A DNA stretch of 64,000 bases, from positions 320,001 through 384,000 of the forward strand of contig CBDBKE010000004.1 of NCBI GenBank assembly GCA_965206645.1. Reading direction: 5' to 3'. This DNA is from Terriglobia bacterium. Lineage in GTDB: Bacteria > Acidobacteriota > Terriglobia > JAJPHL01 > JAPKYU01. Made by a program: the position numbers and the translations under genes. The notes beneath the pieces were generated by a model. That model saw only the letters and a list, made by a program, of their open reading frames with translations. It was not told the origin of the DNA and did not search any database. The first letter of the stretch is position 1, and each line of letters begins with the position of its first letter. This document shows, in pieces, positions 51,341-61,588 of this stretch.

Positions 51341-53350
51341 TTAAGAGGCGACATGGACGGTGACGATCTGACTCGATACGCCGTTGATGATGACCTCCAC
51401 GTCCTGCACATCCACAGGGACGCCCGATGGCACCTGCACGTTCACCTGGTAGAGTCCCACAAATCCTGGGGCCAGGCCGGAGAAGGTCACGTCGGCGGCT
51501 ATGCCGGCGATGTTCACCATCGGCAGAGTGACGGTTCGCGCCAGTGGCTCAGTGCTGGGGGCAACATCGCCGGATGCGACTTCGGGCTGTACCGGACCGA
51601 GCCCGGTGCAAAAGATCGCCAGGAATTCGCCGGGTTGTGCGGGGGCGCTTGCGGTGACCGGCTGGAAATCTTCCGCGTGAAGGATCGCCGCGGGGCCGCT
51701 GCCCTGCTGGTTCAGCGTAAAAATCCCCGGCGAAACGGCCGCGATCTCGGTCGGCTGCGCCTCGGTCGTTTCACTGCCCCGCGTCACCTGCACCGTGACC
51801 GAACCCGCTCCGGTCGTCAGCTCAAACGGGACCTGCGCATTGATCTGCACGCGGGAGATGAAAAACAACGACGCGAGAATATTGTCGAAGGTTACGCTGG
51901 TCTCTCCCAGCGTCGTTGGAAGTGGTACTTCACCCGCCAGTACAGTTTCGCTCGCCAGGTCCGCGCCGAAGATGGCGACGATGGCGCCCGGCGCGATGGC
52001 GGAGTTCGGCTCTGTGGCCGGCCGGAAGCTGGCACCATTGACCACGGAGTTGGCCGGCAGAGTTGGGGGCCCAGGCGGCTCGTCCGTGATTTTGGCGATG
52101 AAAGTGTCCTGGCCCCCGGCGATATTCGGCTGAATTGGATTTACCGTAGGCGGGAAGTTAAAACGGGTAGACCCTGTCACGTAGGCGTTGCCGGAGGCAT
52201 CCACAGCGATGGCCTTGCCACCGAGGTGCATGGAGTAAACCAGAGCGTCGCCGGCGGCATTCAATTTCGTCACGAGAGGGCTGTAGGCGTTGCCAGCGGA
52301 GTCCACAGCGATATCACCACAGAAACCACTTTCGAAGGTAGAGTAGACGAGAGCGGAACCTGTGGCGTTAAACTTCGTAACGAAGCAGCCGATGAAGGGG
52401 GCCCCCAGCGTCGTAGGGAAGTCGGGGGAGAAGGTCCGGCCAGACACGTAGGTGTTGCCAGCAGAGTCCGCCGCTATGCCTCTGCAACTATCGGAGTTCG
52501 TGCCGCCGAGGTAGGTGGAGTAGCTCAGTACAGGATCAATGATGAGCGGCTGGCTAGCATCATACGCAGCCACCTGGAAGCTGACCTGGCGCTGGCGGTT
52601 GACCACGTATGCTCCGGCGACTTCCCGCTGGACGCCGTCTACGTGCTGATAGACCAGCGGTTTGTGCAGGCGAACTTCTTCTCCAGCGGTGTGTAGCACC
52701 AGGTCGCCTTGAGCATCTATTTCCAGGTTCTCATTACCCTCGAAGGCGAGCTGGATAACGTCAGGATCGGTCCCCGGAGCGACAATCAGGTCGTATTCAA
52801 GTTGCCGTTGGTTGCCGTAGTAGACCAGATCAACGCCGGGATAAACGTTCTTGTACTGCACTTTGGCGTAGGTCGGTACGTCGGTGCGCCACTTGTCGGG
52901 ATCATTGCCCAGGAAGTAGTTGCTCTTGCCGGGTAGCTCCTCCAGCCCCTTCACCTCAGGATGCGGGTTAGCCCCGACGAGCTGCATCCGCAGGACGTTG
53001 CGGCCCTCCGGCGGTGAAGAACTCGGCGGTGAAGAGCCCGGTAGTGAAGAGCTTGCTCCCGCTCCCTTACGGTCGCGGCTCGGAAAACTCAAGACTGCCT
53101 CGGTTGAGTTCAAAAACAGGGTGTAACCGGGACCGCGAGATATGAATTTTACGCGGCTGTCCGTCTGCCCCTGATTGGCTTCAAAACTCAAAGGCAGTTT
53201 GCCGTAAGTTTCGACGATCCGCTGCTTGGTCGCCTCAGCGACTCCCTCCGTCAGAACATCGCCCTTCGGAAGAGTATTTTGAACCTGGACCAGGCTTATG
53301 GCAGCAAGAAGCAGGCCCGCGTAAAGAAGCACGAACGCCTTTCGTTTCAT
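51341..53350 (-). CDS. Secreted SBBP-repeat protein with TIGR03437-type C-terminal domain
   Basis: PLSFEANQGQ, YPGVDLVYYG, IDP.LSYSTYLGG, IAVD.SGNAYV.G, VVNGASF, FSGLAPGFVGLYQVNVQVP. Confidence 0.9.
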   Translation of the reverse strand: MKRKAFVLLYAGLLLAAISLVQVQNTLPKGDVLTEGVAEATKQRIVETYGKLPLSFEANQGQTDSRVKFISRGPGYTLFLNSTEAVLSFPSRDRKGAGASSSLPGSSPPSSSPPEGRNVLRMQLVGANPHPEVKGLEELPGKSNYFLGNDPDKWRTDVPTYAKVQYKNVYPGVDLVYYGNQRQLEYDLIVAPGTDPDVIQLAFEGNENLEIDAQGDLVLHTAGEEVRLHKPLVYQHVDGVQREVAGAYVVNRQRQVSFQVAAYDASQPLIIDPVLSYSTYLGGTNSDSCRGIAADSAGNTYVSGRTFSPDFPTTLGAPFIGCFVTKFNATGSALVYSTFESGFCGDIAVDSAGNAYSPLVTKLNAAGDALVYSMHLGGKAIAVDASGNAYVTGSTRFNFPPTVNPIQPNIAGGQDTFIAKITDEPPGPPTLPANSVVNGASFRPATEPNSAIAPGAIVAIFGADLASETVLAGEVPLPTTLGETSVTFDNILASLFFISRVQINAQVPFELTTGAGSVTVQVTRGSETTEAQPTEIAAVSPGIFTLNQQGSGPAAILHAEDFQPVTASAPAQPGEFLAIFCTGLGPVQPEVASGDVAPSTEPLARTVTLPMVNIAGIAADVTFSGLAPGFVGLYQVNVQVPSGVPVDVQDVEVIINGVSSQIVTVHVAS
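53059..53083. repeat. REP-like element embedded in frame in a CDS
   Basis: CCGAGCCGCGACCGTAAGGGAGCGG on the minus strand, translated as PSRDRKGA. Confidence 0.55.
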
Positions 53351-53428
53351 CGCACGCTCCTCAAGAGCCTCCTGAAAACTCCTGCCCCGTGTCATTCCGC
53401 GGGCCGACAACCTCAGGGCCTCCACACC

Positions 53429-53573
53429 TTAAGGGAAGACAGGGACGGTGACGATCTTACTTGAGACGCCGTTGATGATGATCTCGACATCCTGCGTACC
53501 CGCAGGGACGCCCAATGGCACCTGCACGTTTACCTGGTAGAGCCCCACAAATCCTGGGGCCAGGCCGGAGAAG
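53429..53573 (-). pseudogene. 3' remnant of a tandem TIGR03437-type paralog truncated by IS3
   Basis: FSGLAPGFVGLYQVNVQVPLGVPAGTQDVEIIINGVSSKIVTVPVFP*; near-copy of 51341-51485. Confidence 0.85.
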
Positions 53574-54914
53574 TGAGGTGGCCCCGGTCAGTCGGGCAGC
53601 TTGGCGGTTTGTTTAAGGTATATTCCGATTGTCACTCATACCGCCAAAATCTCCTTGGATAGATCTTCCTGTCGCTGTTGCTGCGCCTGTGGGTATGTGG
53701 GCAAGGCGCGTAGCGGCTCGTCCATCATACCCACAAGCGGGTCGCCGCGGTAGGCCTCGGCCGGGGGTTTCCCATCGAGCGCCGAGTGTGGCCTTTCGGT
53801 GTTGTAGAAGCCGATCCACTCGTCGATGAGGCGCCGGGCCTCGAAGCCGTCGGTAAGCTCGTGCAGATAGACAGCCTCGTATTTGAGCGAGCGCCACAGC
53901 CGCTCGATGAAGATGTTGTCCAGGCAACGGCCCCTGCCGTCCATCGAAATACGGACACCGGCCGCCTGCAAGCGCCCGCTGAAGGCGAAGCCGGTGAACT
54001 GGCTGCCTTGATCGGTGTTGAAAACCTCCGGCTGGCCATGGCGGGTCAGCGCCTCATCGAGCGCCTCGACGCAAAAGCCCGCGTCCAGGGTGTTCGACAA
54101 CCGCCAGGCCAGCACATGCCTACTCGCCCAATCCATGATCGCCACCAGGTAAAGGAAGCCGCGGCGCACCGGGATGTAGGTGATGTCGGCGCACCAGACC
54201 TGATTGGATCGGTTGATCGACATGCCCTTGAGCAGATAGGGGTAGACCCGCTGCTCGGGATGCGGATCGCTGGTGCGTGGCGCCCGGTAGATCGCCTGAA
54301 GCCCCATCAGGCGCATCAGACGACTGGCCCGGCGACGGCCGATGCGCACCCCCTCAAGGCGCAGATGACGAACCATCTGACGGGCGCCGTAGAACGGATG
54401 CTTCAGGAACAACTCATCGATGCGCCGCATCAGCGCAAGGCTCTCCGCGCTTTCGCCCTTGGGCGTGTAATAGAGCCAGGATCGCCCGATCGATAGCAAA
54501 CGGCATTGACGACTCAAGCTCAGTCCCGGGTGAGGGCGCCTCACCATCACCCGCCGCTCGGCCCGGCTCATCGACCGGACCCTGTGGACAAAAATCCCGT
54601 TCAACCGTCAATTCGCCGATCTTGGCGTGAAGCTCACGGACTTCGCTTTCATGATCTCGCCGGCGGCGATCCACACCGTTCGAGAACACCTCGCCAAGCC
54701 CTTCGATCGCTTGGCGCTTCCATGTGCTCACCTGGTTCGGATGCACCTGGTGCTTCGAGGCAATCTCCTGCAGCGTCCGGTCGCCCCGCAGCGCTTCCAG
54801 TGCCACCTTCGCTTTCAAATCACCAGAAAACCTGCGTCTCCTCCTCATCGCATATCCCTCCTCAGTCGGTGGAATACACCTTAAACGTCTGTCCGATTTT
54901 CCGGGGCCACCTCA
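53574..54914 (-). mobile_element. IS3-family element (1341 bp), no TSD
   Basis: IRs TGAGGTGGCCCCGG / CCGGGGCCACCTCA; flanks GAAG and AATG differ. Confidence 0.92.
53636..54848 (-). CDS. IS3 transposase OrfA/OrfB (slippery run possibly one T short)
   Basis: OrfA KAKVALEA...W; OrfB W.ADITY, NTDQGSQF, SMDGRGR..DN.FIERLWRSLKYE. Confidence 0.88.
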
Positions 54915-55134
54915 AATGGCCTTGTCGACGTCGTATAAACGGTAATGCCCCTTTTCGATATCCGTAAGGAGAGAAAAGCTGCAGATGTATAGGGAGAAAA
55001 ACTATTCTTGCAAGCGCCAATCGGGTGCAAGGTGTTTGGTTTCCCCCCCTAAGTCTAAGAACACAAATGGCTTGATGAACTCGGCCCTTTGGGCGCAAGA
55101 AATTCCAGCCCCCCTAAACTATGGAGGTAATGCC

Positions 55135-55865
55135 ATGAGAAAGTTATTTTTGGGTATGAGGAAGGTGGCGACACCGGCGGCCCTGGTCATTTTTGTCGTC
55201 TTGGCCTTCGTCGTCCCGCCTGCAAGCGCCGCCGGCAAGGGTACCCTGTCAGCCTTTCTGGTGGGCTACTGGGACGAATTGGGGGCCGAGGGGGAGCAGG
55301 GATTCCAACTTAGGATCATTAACCCCACAGCGCAAAGTTTAGAGGCCGTGGTGGCTGTGTTCGATTCCGAAGAGGTGCTCTTTGCCTGCGGCAGGACTGT
55401 GCTTAGCTCAAACGATGAGGTCCTGATGAGGTCCTACTGAATGGCGCCAAAGCTATCTGGCAAGAGCCCGCTATGGGCACCAGTGGGATGACGATTCAGC
55501 AGTTATACAACTCGACCCCCGCTCGAAGGGAAGGCGTCATTAAGATCGTTTCGCTGAAGCCTCCAGAGGAAATGGAGCAGAATGGCATTCTTGAACTAGC
55601 GAATGACCATGAGGAGGAGAATGGCAATGGGGGGAAACGAGTGAAGGATGGGCTGCTGGCCTGGATAGTGAACCTCGGTAAGGTAGGCGACGTCTCCTTC
55701 ACTTCCGTTATCGAACTGCACGGGTTGCCCAACGAATTCCTCAGGAAGGGTAGGGAGAGCGAGAGCGAGCTGGAGAAGATTGCAGGGGAAGACGCGTGTG
55801 GTGCCGGAGTGTTGCTAGAGGATCCCCTAGACACAGAGCCGCCGGAAGAGACACAACAAGAGTAG
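55135..55865 (+). pseudogene. Secreted hypothetical protein frameshifted by an 11-bp tandem duplication
   Basis: GGAGG RBS and signal peptide; GATGAGGTCCT twice at 55414-55435; deleting one copy fuses the two ORFs. Confidence 0.8.
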
Positions 55866-55996
55866 CCGTAAGCTTTCGCTCTGCCCGAGCATCCTGGGTA
55901 CCCCGCCACGGGCCTGCTCTTGGCCGTGGCGGGCTATCCGTCCTACCGGCCTCATCGGCCCCAGCCGCTGGGCCGGCGGCGCTACTGGGCAAAAAA

Positions 55997-56025
55997 GCGG
56001 ATTCTTCGCTTCGCTCGGAGTGACA
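55997..56025. repeat. REP-like 29-bp unit, copy 3
   Basis: GCGGATTCTTCGCTTCGCTCGGAGTGACA. Confidence 0.7.
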
Positions 56026-56142
56026 AGGAAGCTACTTCTTGACCGCCCCTCTTAAGAGCAAAAAGACCGATTCAGTGCTCGTGGTTCCCACAGATATTGC
56101 CATTCGTCGCTGCCAGTCTCAAGCCTCAAGGCGTCAGTCACT

Positions 56143-56166
56143 GTAGGGGCAGGCTTTAGCCTGCTC
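56143..56166. repeat. GTAG-type REP hairpin
   Basis: GTAG followed by GGGCAGGC-TTTA-GCCTGCTC. Confidence 0.55.
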
Positions 56167-56172
56167 ACGGCA

Positions 56173-57315
56173 TCAGTCGCCCAAGATCTGCCGCGCGATG
56201 ATGAGCCGCTGGCTTTCGCTGGTGCCTTCGCCAATGGTGCACAGCTTCACGTCGCGGTAATACTTCTCCGCCGGATAGTCCTTGATGAAGCCGTAGCCTC
56301 CGTGAACCTGCAACGCCTCGTTGGCCACCCGCACCGCCACTTCGCTGGCATAGAGCTTGGCCATCGAGGATTCCTTGGTGTGGCGCAGGCCGCGGTCGGC
56401 CAGCCAGGCGGCCCGATAGTTGAGCAGGCGCGCGGCGTCAATCTCGGTAGCCATGTCGACCAGCTTCCACTGGATGGCCTGAAATTCCGAGATGGGCCGG
56501 CCAAACTGTTTCCGCTGCTTGGCATGCTTGAGCGCCGCCTCATACGCACCCTGGGCCATGCCGATGGCCATGGCCGCAATGGAAATGCGCCCGCCGTCCA
56601 GAATCCGCAGGCTGTCCACGAATCCTGCGCCCTCCTTGCCGAGCAGGTTGGCGGCGGACAGGCGGCAATCCTCAAAGATGACTTCGGAAGTGTCGCTGGC
56701 GCGCAGGCCCAGCTTGTCCTCTTTCTTGCCCACGCGGAAGCCGGGCGTCCCCTTCTCGATGAGAAAGGCGGAGATGCCGTGGTGCCCCTTGGCGCGGTTG
56801 GTGGAGGCCATGGCGACGCAGCGATCGGCGTGATGCCCGTTGGTGGTGAAGGTCTTCGAGCCGTTCAGCAGATAGCAGTCGTCCTGCCGCACGGCGGTGG
56901 TGCGCGTGCCGGCGGCGTCGGAGCCGGCTTCGGGCTCGGTCAGGCTCCAGCAGCCCAGCTTGCGCCCGGAGGCCAGATCGGGCAGGTAGCGGCGCCGTTG
57001 CTCTTCGCTGCCGCATTGGCAGATGTGGTTGGCGCACAACGAAGTGTGCGCCGCCACGATAATGCCTACGGAGCCGTCCACGCGCGACAGTTCCTCGATC
57101 ACGATCGCGTAGTCGATGTATCCCAGGCCCGCCCCGCCGTATTCTTCGGGGAAGATCACGCCCATCAGGCCCAGGGCCGCCAGCTTCGGCATCAGTTCTT
57201 CCGGGAATTGCGAGGCCTGGTCTCAGCGCCGGACGTGGGGCGCAATTTCCGCTTCCGCAAATTCGCGGACATTCCTGCGCAGCTGGACTTGCTCCGGCGT
57301 CAGTTCAAAGTCCAT
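56173..57315 (-). pseudogene. Acyl-CoA dehydrogenase with in-frame TGA at codon 31
   Basis: [28 protein letters not shown]; [21 protein letters not shown]...Y..E..YRD, IGEGTSE. Confidence 0.88.
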
Positions 57316-57401
57316 TGGCGGCCCCGGCATGTGGGGCGGTTGGGCTCATTTAGTTGGGCTCATATAACAGACTACATTTGAAGGGGGCCAGCGTCACCAG
57401 A

Positions 57402-58490
57402 TTAACTGCGCCAATGGAGCGTCACGGGGCCGGGGATGGGGTGCTGCATGGGTTTCCCCGTACGCTTGGCTTCGAGGTGAGCGGCTTTCAGTTGGAAGTA
57501 CCACTTCGCGGGACGGTCGGCATCATCGATCAACATCAGCGAAGGGTCGTGCTTCAAGCCCAGCGCCTGCTTTTCCATCGTCTGCTGGTCCTGCTGGATG
57601 AACTTGTGGCCAAAGAGGCGGAAGATGGGCACCATGAACGGCATCCAGGGGAACAGGTTCCAGGCGGCGCAGAAGTCGATGCGGCTCTGCTCTGCCGTTA
57701 CCGGCGTCACCGTGGCTCGGCTGGAAAACCAGTAGGAGCCGCAGCGAATCTGCTCAAAGCGCATGTTGGGCAGGACGAACTCGATGGTGGTGGTGATGGG
57801 CTGCCCGTAGACCCGTAGGAGCTTGTAGGGGGCGCTGTTGGGAGAGGGGGAGTGGGCGCGGATGCGAAAGCCGTTGGGGATGGGCTCGAAGATCTTTTCC
57901 TTTTGTCGGATGCTGCGCTGAGCCCGCCACCACCAAGCCTGGTGAACGAAAGGCCCGTGGGCAGGGTCCATCAGCCCGATGATGCCGTGGTCAACGTGGC
58001 AGGGCAGGTGGGCCCAGAGATGCGTCAGGCGGTAGCCCTCACTGAAGACGGGCAGCCGCGGCGTCGGCGGCACCGGCTCCTGCCGGTTGGCCGTCTCGGG
58101 AACATAGACCCAGACGTAGCCGTCCTGCTCCTCGCAAGGGAAATGGCCGGCGTGGATGCGCTCCACCTTCAGCTTGGAGTCGGCAGTGAGAGAAGGGACC
58201 TCTGTGCATTGGCCGCTGTGGACGTCGAACTGCCAGCCGTGGTAGCTGCATTCCAGGCGGTGGCCGTTGAGCCGGCCAAACGACAAGGGCATGCCTCGAT
58301 GGGGGCAACTGTCGCGAAGAGAGAAGGCCCGGCCCTGGGCGTCACGTCCAACGACCAGCGGCATGCCCAGCAGCGTCACCGGCCGTAGCTTCTTGCTCTG
58401 CAGTTGAGCGCTCCGCAGGGCCGGGTACCAGAAATCCTGTAGCATTTGGGCATCGGCCTTCGGGAGCGCGCCCGCGCTGACATCGCTCAT
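57402..58490 (-). CDS. Rieske non-heme iron oxygenase alpha subunit (VanA-like)
   Basis: CPHRG..LS.G, CSYHGW, DPAHGPFVH, QD. Confidence 0.92.
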   Translation of the reverse strand: MSDVSAGALPKADAQMLQDFWYPALRSAQLQSKKLRPVTLLGMPLVVGRDAQGRAFSLRDSCPHRGMPLSFGRLNGHRLECSYHGWQFDVHSGQCTEVPSLTADSKLKVERIHAGHFPCEEQDGYVWVYVPETANRQEPVPPTPRLPVFSEGYRLTHLWAHLPCHVDHGIIGLMDPAHGPFVHQAWWWRAQRSIRQKEKIFEPIPNGFRIRAHSPSPNSAPYKLLRVYGQPITTTIEFVLPNMRFEQIRCGSYWFSSRATVTPVTAEQSRIDFCAAWNLFPWMPFMVPIFRLFGHKFIQQDQQTMEKQALGLKHDPSLMLIDDADRPAKWYFQLKAAHLEAKRTGKPMQHPIPGPVTLHWRS

Positions 58491-58577
58491 TGGCGGAATT
58501 CTAGCACGCTTGCAGGAGGGGCGTTCAGGCGGGAAGGGAGTTGCCGGCGGGCTAGCTGCGATAGCGCAGGTAAACCC

Positions 58578-59687
58578 CTACGCGACGCCAACCGGTTTGG
58601 CGCCCACCACGCGCGTCATCACCTCCAGCGCCCGGTCAATCATCTGCCGGTTCACGTCCAGGTGAGTGACCATGCGCATCGTTTCCGGGCTGACTCCCGA
58701 GGCCAGCACATTGTGCTCCTTTAGGACAGCCGACAGCTCGGTGGAGGTCAGGCCCGTGCCGGAGACGTCCAGGATCATGATGTTGGTCTGGACCTTCGCC
58801 GGATTGATAAGAATTCCGGGAATCTGGGCCAGCCCTTCGGCCAGGTGGCGCGCATTTCCGTGGTCTTCCGCCAGTCGCTGTGGCCCTTTCTCCAGTGCGA
58901 CGAGGCCGGCAGCCGCTAGCACCCCGACCTGGCGCATGCCGCCGCCGAGCGTCTTGCGGGCGACGCGCGCCTGGTCGATGAAGTCGCGGCTACCGACCAG
59001 CATCGAGCCGACCGGCGCTCCCAGCCCCTTCGACAGGCAGAACATCACCGAGTCGCACTTGGCCGTCAGAGTGCGCACGTCGCGGCCCAGGTGCGTTGCG
59101 GCGTTGAAGATGCGCGCACCGTCCATGTGCACGGGGATACCCGCATCATGCGCTCCATCGCAAATCTGCTCGACAACCGCCAGCGGATAAACGGTGCCCC
59201 CGGCCAAGTTGTGCGTGCTCTCCAACGAGATCAACCCGGTCTGCGCGCGGTAATAGACCTTGGGGCGAATCTGCCGTTTCACCTGCTCCCAGCGCAGGAT
59301 GCCGCCCTCGGCATAAATGGGGCGGGGTACAGTGCCAGCGATGGCGCTCATGGCACCCATCTCGTAGTTGAAGACGTGCCCGCGCTCTTCGCAGATCACT
59401 TCGTTCCCTGGCCGGGTGTGTATTTTGATGGCGATCAGGTTTCCCATCGAGCCGGAAGGGACAAACAGCGCCGCTTCACGCCCGAAAATCTCCGCGGCAC
59501 GCTCTTGAAGGCGGTTGACCGTGGGGTCTTCCATGTAGACGTCGTCGCCCACTTCAGCCTCGGCAATGGCCCGGCGCATCTCAGCCGAGGGGTTGGTGAT
59601 GGTGTCGCTGCGCAAGTCCACCACAATGTGCGCTGCCTCAGAGATTCCTCTTGAGGATTGGACTTTCGGGTTAGCGTTTCCTTGCAT
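58578..59687 (-). CDS. ltaE: Low-specificity L-threonine aldolase
   Basis: [46 protein letters not shown]; start uncertain. Confidence 0.93.
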   Translation of the reverse strand: MQGNANPKVQSSRGISEAAHIVVDLRSDTITNPSAEMRRAIAEAEVGDDVYMEDPTVNRLQERAAEIFGREAALFVPSGSMGNLIAIKIHTRPGNEVICEERGHVFNYEMGAMSAIAGTVPRPIYAEGGILRWEQVKRQIRPKVYYRAQTGLISLESTHNLAGGTVYPLAVVEQICDGAHDAGIPVHMDGARIFNAATHLGRDVRTLTAKCDSVMFCLSKGLGAPVGSMLVGSRDFIDQARVARKTLGGGMRQVGVLAAAGLVALEKGPQRLAEDHGNARHLAEGLAQIPGILINPAKVQTNIMILDVSGTGLTSTELSAVLKEHNVLASGVSPETMRMVTHLDVNRQMIDRALEVMTRVVGAKPVGVA

Positions 59688-59805
59688 GGTTTTCCCCATC
59701 AGACGCTCCATTCAGTTACAACAACTCGTCCAGTCTCCGCTGTGCCCTCCATACAAGCAGTTCATTGAATCGCTTCCTGGCGAATGGTGTGCACGGTTCC
59801 CAGTG

Positions 59806-61005
59806 TCAGTGGATGAAAGCGCTAAAGACTTCGTTGGAAAGCAACCGGCCGCGAGCGGTCAGGCGCAGGCGGCCATCGGCCAACTCCAGCAGGCCTGCTT
59901 CTGCCAATTCAGTGATTTCGCGTTGGTAGCTGTGGTGGTCTGCGGGCGAAAGTTCCACACCTTCGTTTCGGCGCAAGCCTAGGAACATCCGCTCCTCTGC
60001 GCGGCGGCGCTCATCCAACCGATGCCGCTCGGCCACCGGCAACTCGTGCCGGGCGACGAGTGCGAGGTACTCCTCCAGCGAATCAGTGTTGGCCCACCGC
60101 TGGGCGCCGTCAAACGAGTGCGCGTCCAGGCCGAACCCCAGATAGGGCACGCCTTCCCAGTACTTGCGGTTGTGCCGCGAGTCGCAGCCGGACAGTGCGA
60201 AGTTGGAAATCTCGTACTGGCGGTAGCCCAGCCCCGTGAGCCGGTCGATGGCGCGGCAGTAAAAGTCGGCCGCGGCATCTTCCTCTGGGAGCGCGGCGGC
60301 TGAATAGCGAACACCGCTCGCAAGCGCCTCTGCGCCCAGACGGCTGTCGGCGTCAATCTCCAGCATGTACACCGAGACGTGCGACGGACGTAGGCGCGCC
60401 ACCCAGTCCAGCGAAACCTCCCAACTCGCGGCAGTCTGGTGAGGAAGCCCGGCGATCAGGTCGAGCGACACATTCGCGATTCCAGCAGCACGCAGCCATG
60501 CAACGTCAGCCGCAACCGTTTCGGCCCGGTGCGGACGGCCCACCGCCTTTAGCTCGCGCTCTACGAACGACTGCACTCCCAGGCTCACCCGGTTCACCCC
60601 GCACTGCTGCCAGGCGTCCGCCAGCTCTCGGCTGAAGCTGCCAGGGGCTGCTTCAAGAGTGATCTCGGCGTCCGCCGCAATGGAAAACACCTGCCGAGGT
60701 TCGTCCAGCAGGCGGCCAAGCTGGGTGGCCGTGAGCAAGCTTGGCGTTCCGCCGCCCAGGTAAATGGAGTCAGTCGGCAAGCGGGAGTCCGCCCGGGAGC
60801 CCAGTAAGGACAGGGCTCCCGGCCCATCATTCCCACTGCGGTATTCGCTCCCTTTGCGGATTTCCCAGCACAGGGCTTCGAGGTAATGTGGCAGCTTTTC
60901 TGCGGGAAAAACTCCCGAGGCGAAATTGCAATAGGTGCACTTGAAGCGACAAAAAGGGATGCTCACATAGAGACCCCAGTGAGGTTGCTCAGAATTAGCC
61001 GGCAA
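59806..61005 (-). CDS. hemW: Radical SAM heme chaperone HemW
   Basis: IPFCRFKCTYCNF, YLGGGTPS, RVSLGVQSF, YEISNFA, HNRKYW. Confidence 0.9.
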   Translation of the reverse strand: MPANSEQPHWGLYVSIPFCRFKCTYCNFASGVFPAEKLPHYLEALCWEIRKGSEYRSGNDGPGALSLLGSRADSRLPTDSIYLGGGTPSLLTATQLGRLLDEPRQVFSIAADAEITLEAAPGSFSRELADAWQQCGVNRVSLGVQSFVERELKAVGRPHRAETVAADVAWLRAAGIANVSLDLIAGLPHQTAASWEVSLDWVARLRPSHVSVYMLEIDADSRLGAEALASGVRYSAAALPEEDAAADFYCRAIDRLTGLGYRQYEISNFALSGCDSRHNRKYWEGVPYLGFGLDAHSFDGAQRWANTDSLEEYLALVARHELPVAERHRLDERRRAEERMFLGLRRNEGVELSPADHHSYQREITELAEAGLLELADGRLRLTARGRLLSNEVFSAFIH

Positions 61006-61393
61006 TGATTTTCACCTTCAGTTCGCGCTGGCGTGGCCCGTCGAACTCGCAAAAGAAGATGCCCTGCCAGCGTCCCAGCGCCAGGCGTCCGTCTTCGATC
61101 GGGACGCTCTCCGAGGTGCCGACGAGTGTGGCCTTGATATGGGAATCGGCGTTGCCTTCCCAATGCTTGTAGGCACCGTCTTTGGGGAACAGCTTGCGCA
61201 GGACCGTGTCCACATCGGCCATCACGTCCGGGTCATCGGATTCGTTGACGGCAACCGCCGCGGTCGTGTGCGGGACGTAGAGGTAGCACAGGCCGCTTCT
61301 CACGCCGGCGGTGCGCACTAACTTTTCCACCTCGGTAGTGACGTCGCGAGCCTCGTTCCTTGTTTGGGTCTTGATGCGGAGCGTATGCAGCAC
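60995..61393 (-). CDS. yjbQ: YjbQ/UPF0047 family protein
   Basis: HTTA...NE..DP, N.DSHIK, LGRWQGIFFCEFDGPR. Confidence 0.92.
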   Translation of the reverse strand: MLHTLRIKTQTRNEARDVTTEVEKLVRTAGVRSGLCYLYVPHTTAAVAVNESDDPDVMADVDTVLRKLFPKDGAYKHWEGNADSHIKATLVGTSESVPIEDGRLALGRWQGIFFCEFDGPRQRELKVKIIAG

Positions 61394-61588
61394 GTCGGTT
61401 CTCGATTATACCCATTCGAGCAGGGCGCTGTACACGGGCCGAGGCGGCAAGCTCCCATACCTGCCAGGCATCGTTGCCTTAGGCTTCGTTGCCAAAGATA
61501 TACGACGAATAAATGTTTTCCTCGTGCAAGGGCCCACTGACTTTTTTCGAGCCGCGGTGGGAAACGGAAATGCGATCAATCTCGGCTT

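Noticed and set aside
7975-57225. Stop-codon reassignment or Sec/Pyl readthrough for the in-frame TAG and TGA
   Set aside because: TAG and TGA are true stops in conserved genes here (rpsO, pnp, grpE, tenA); the affected sites correspond to Gln and Trp, fitting single transitions
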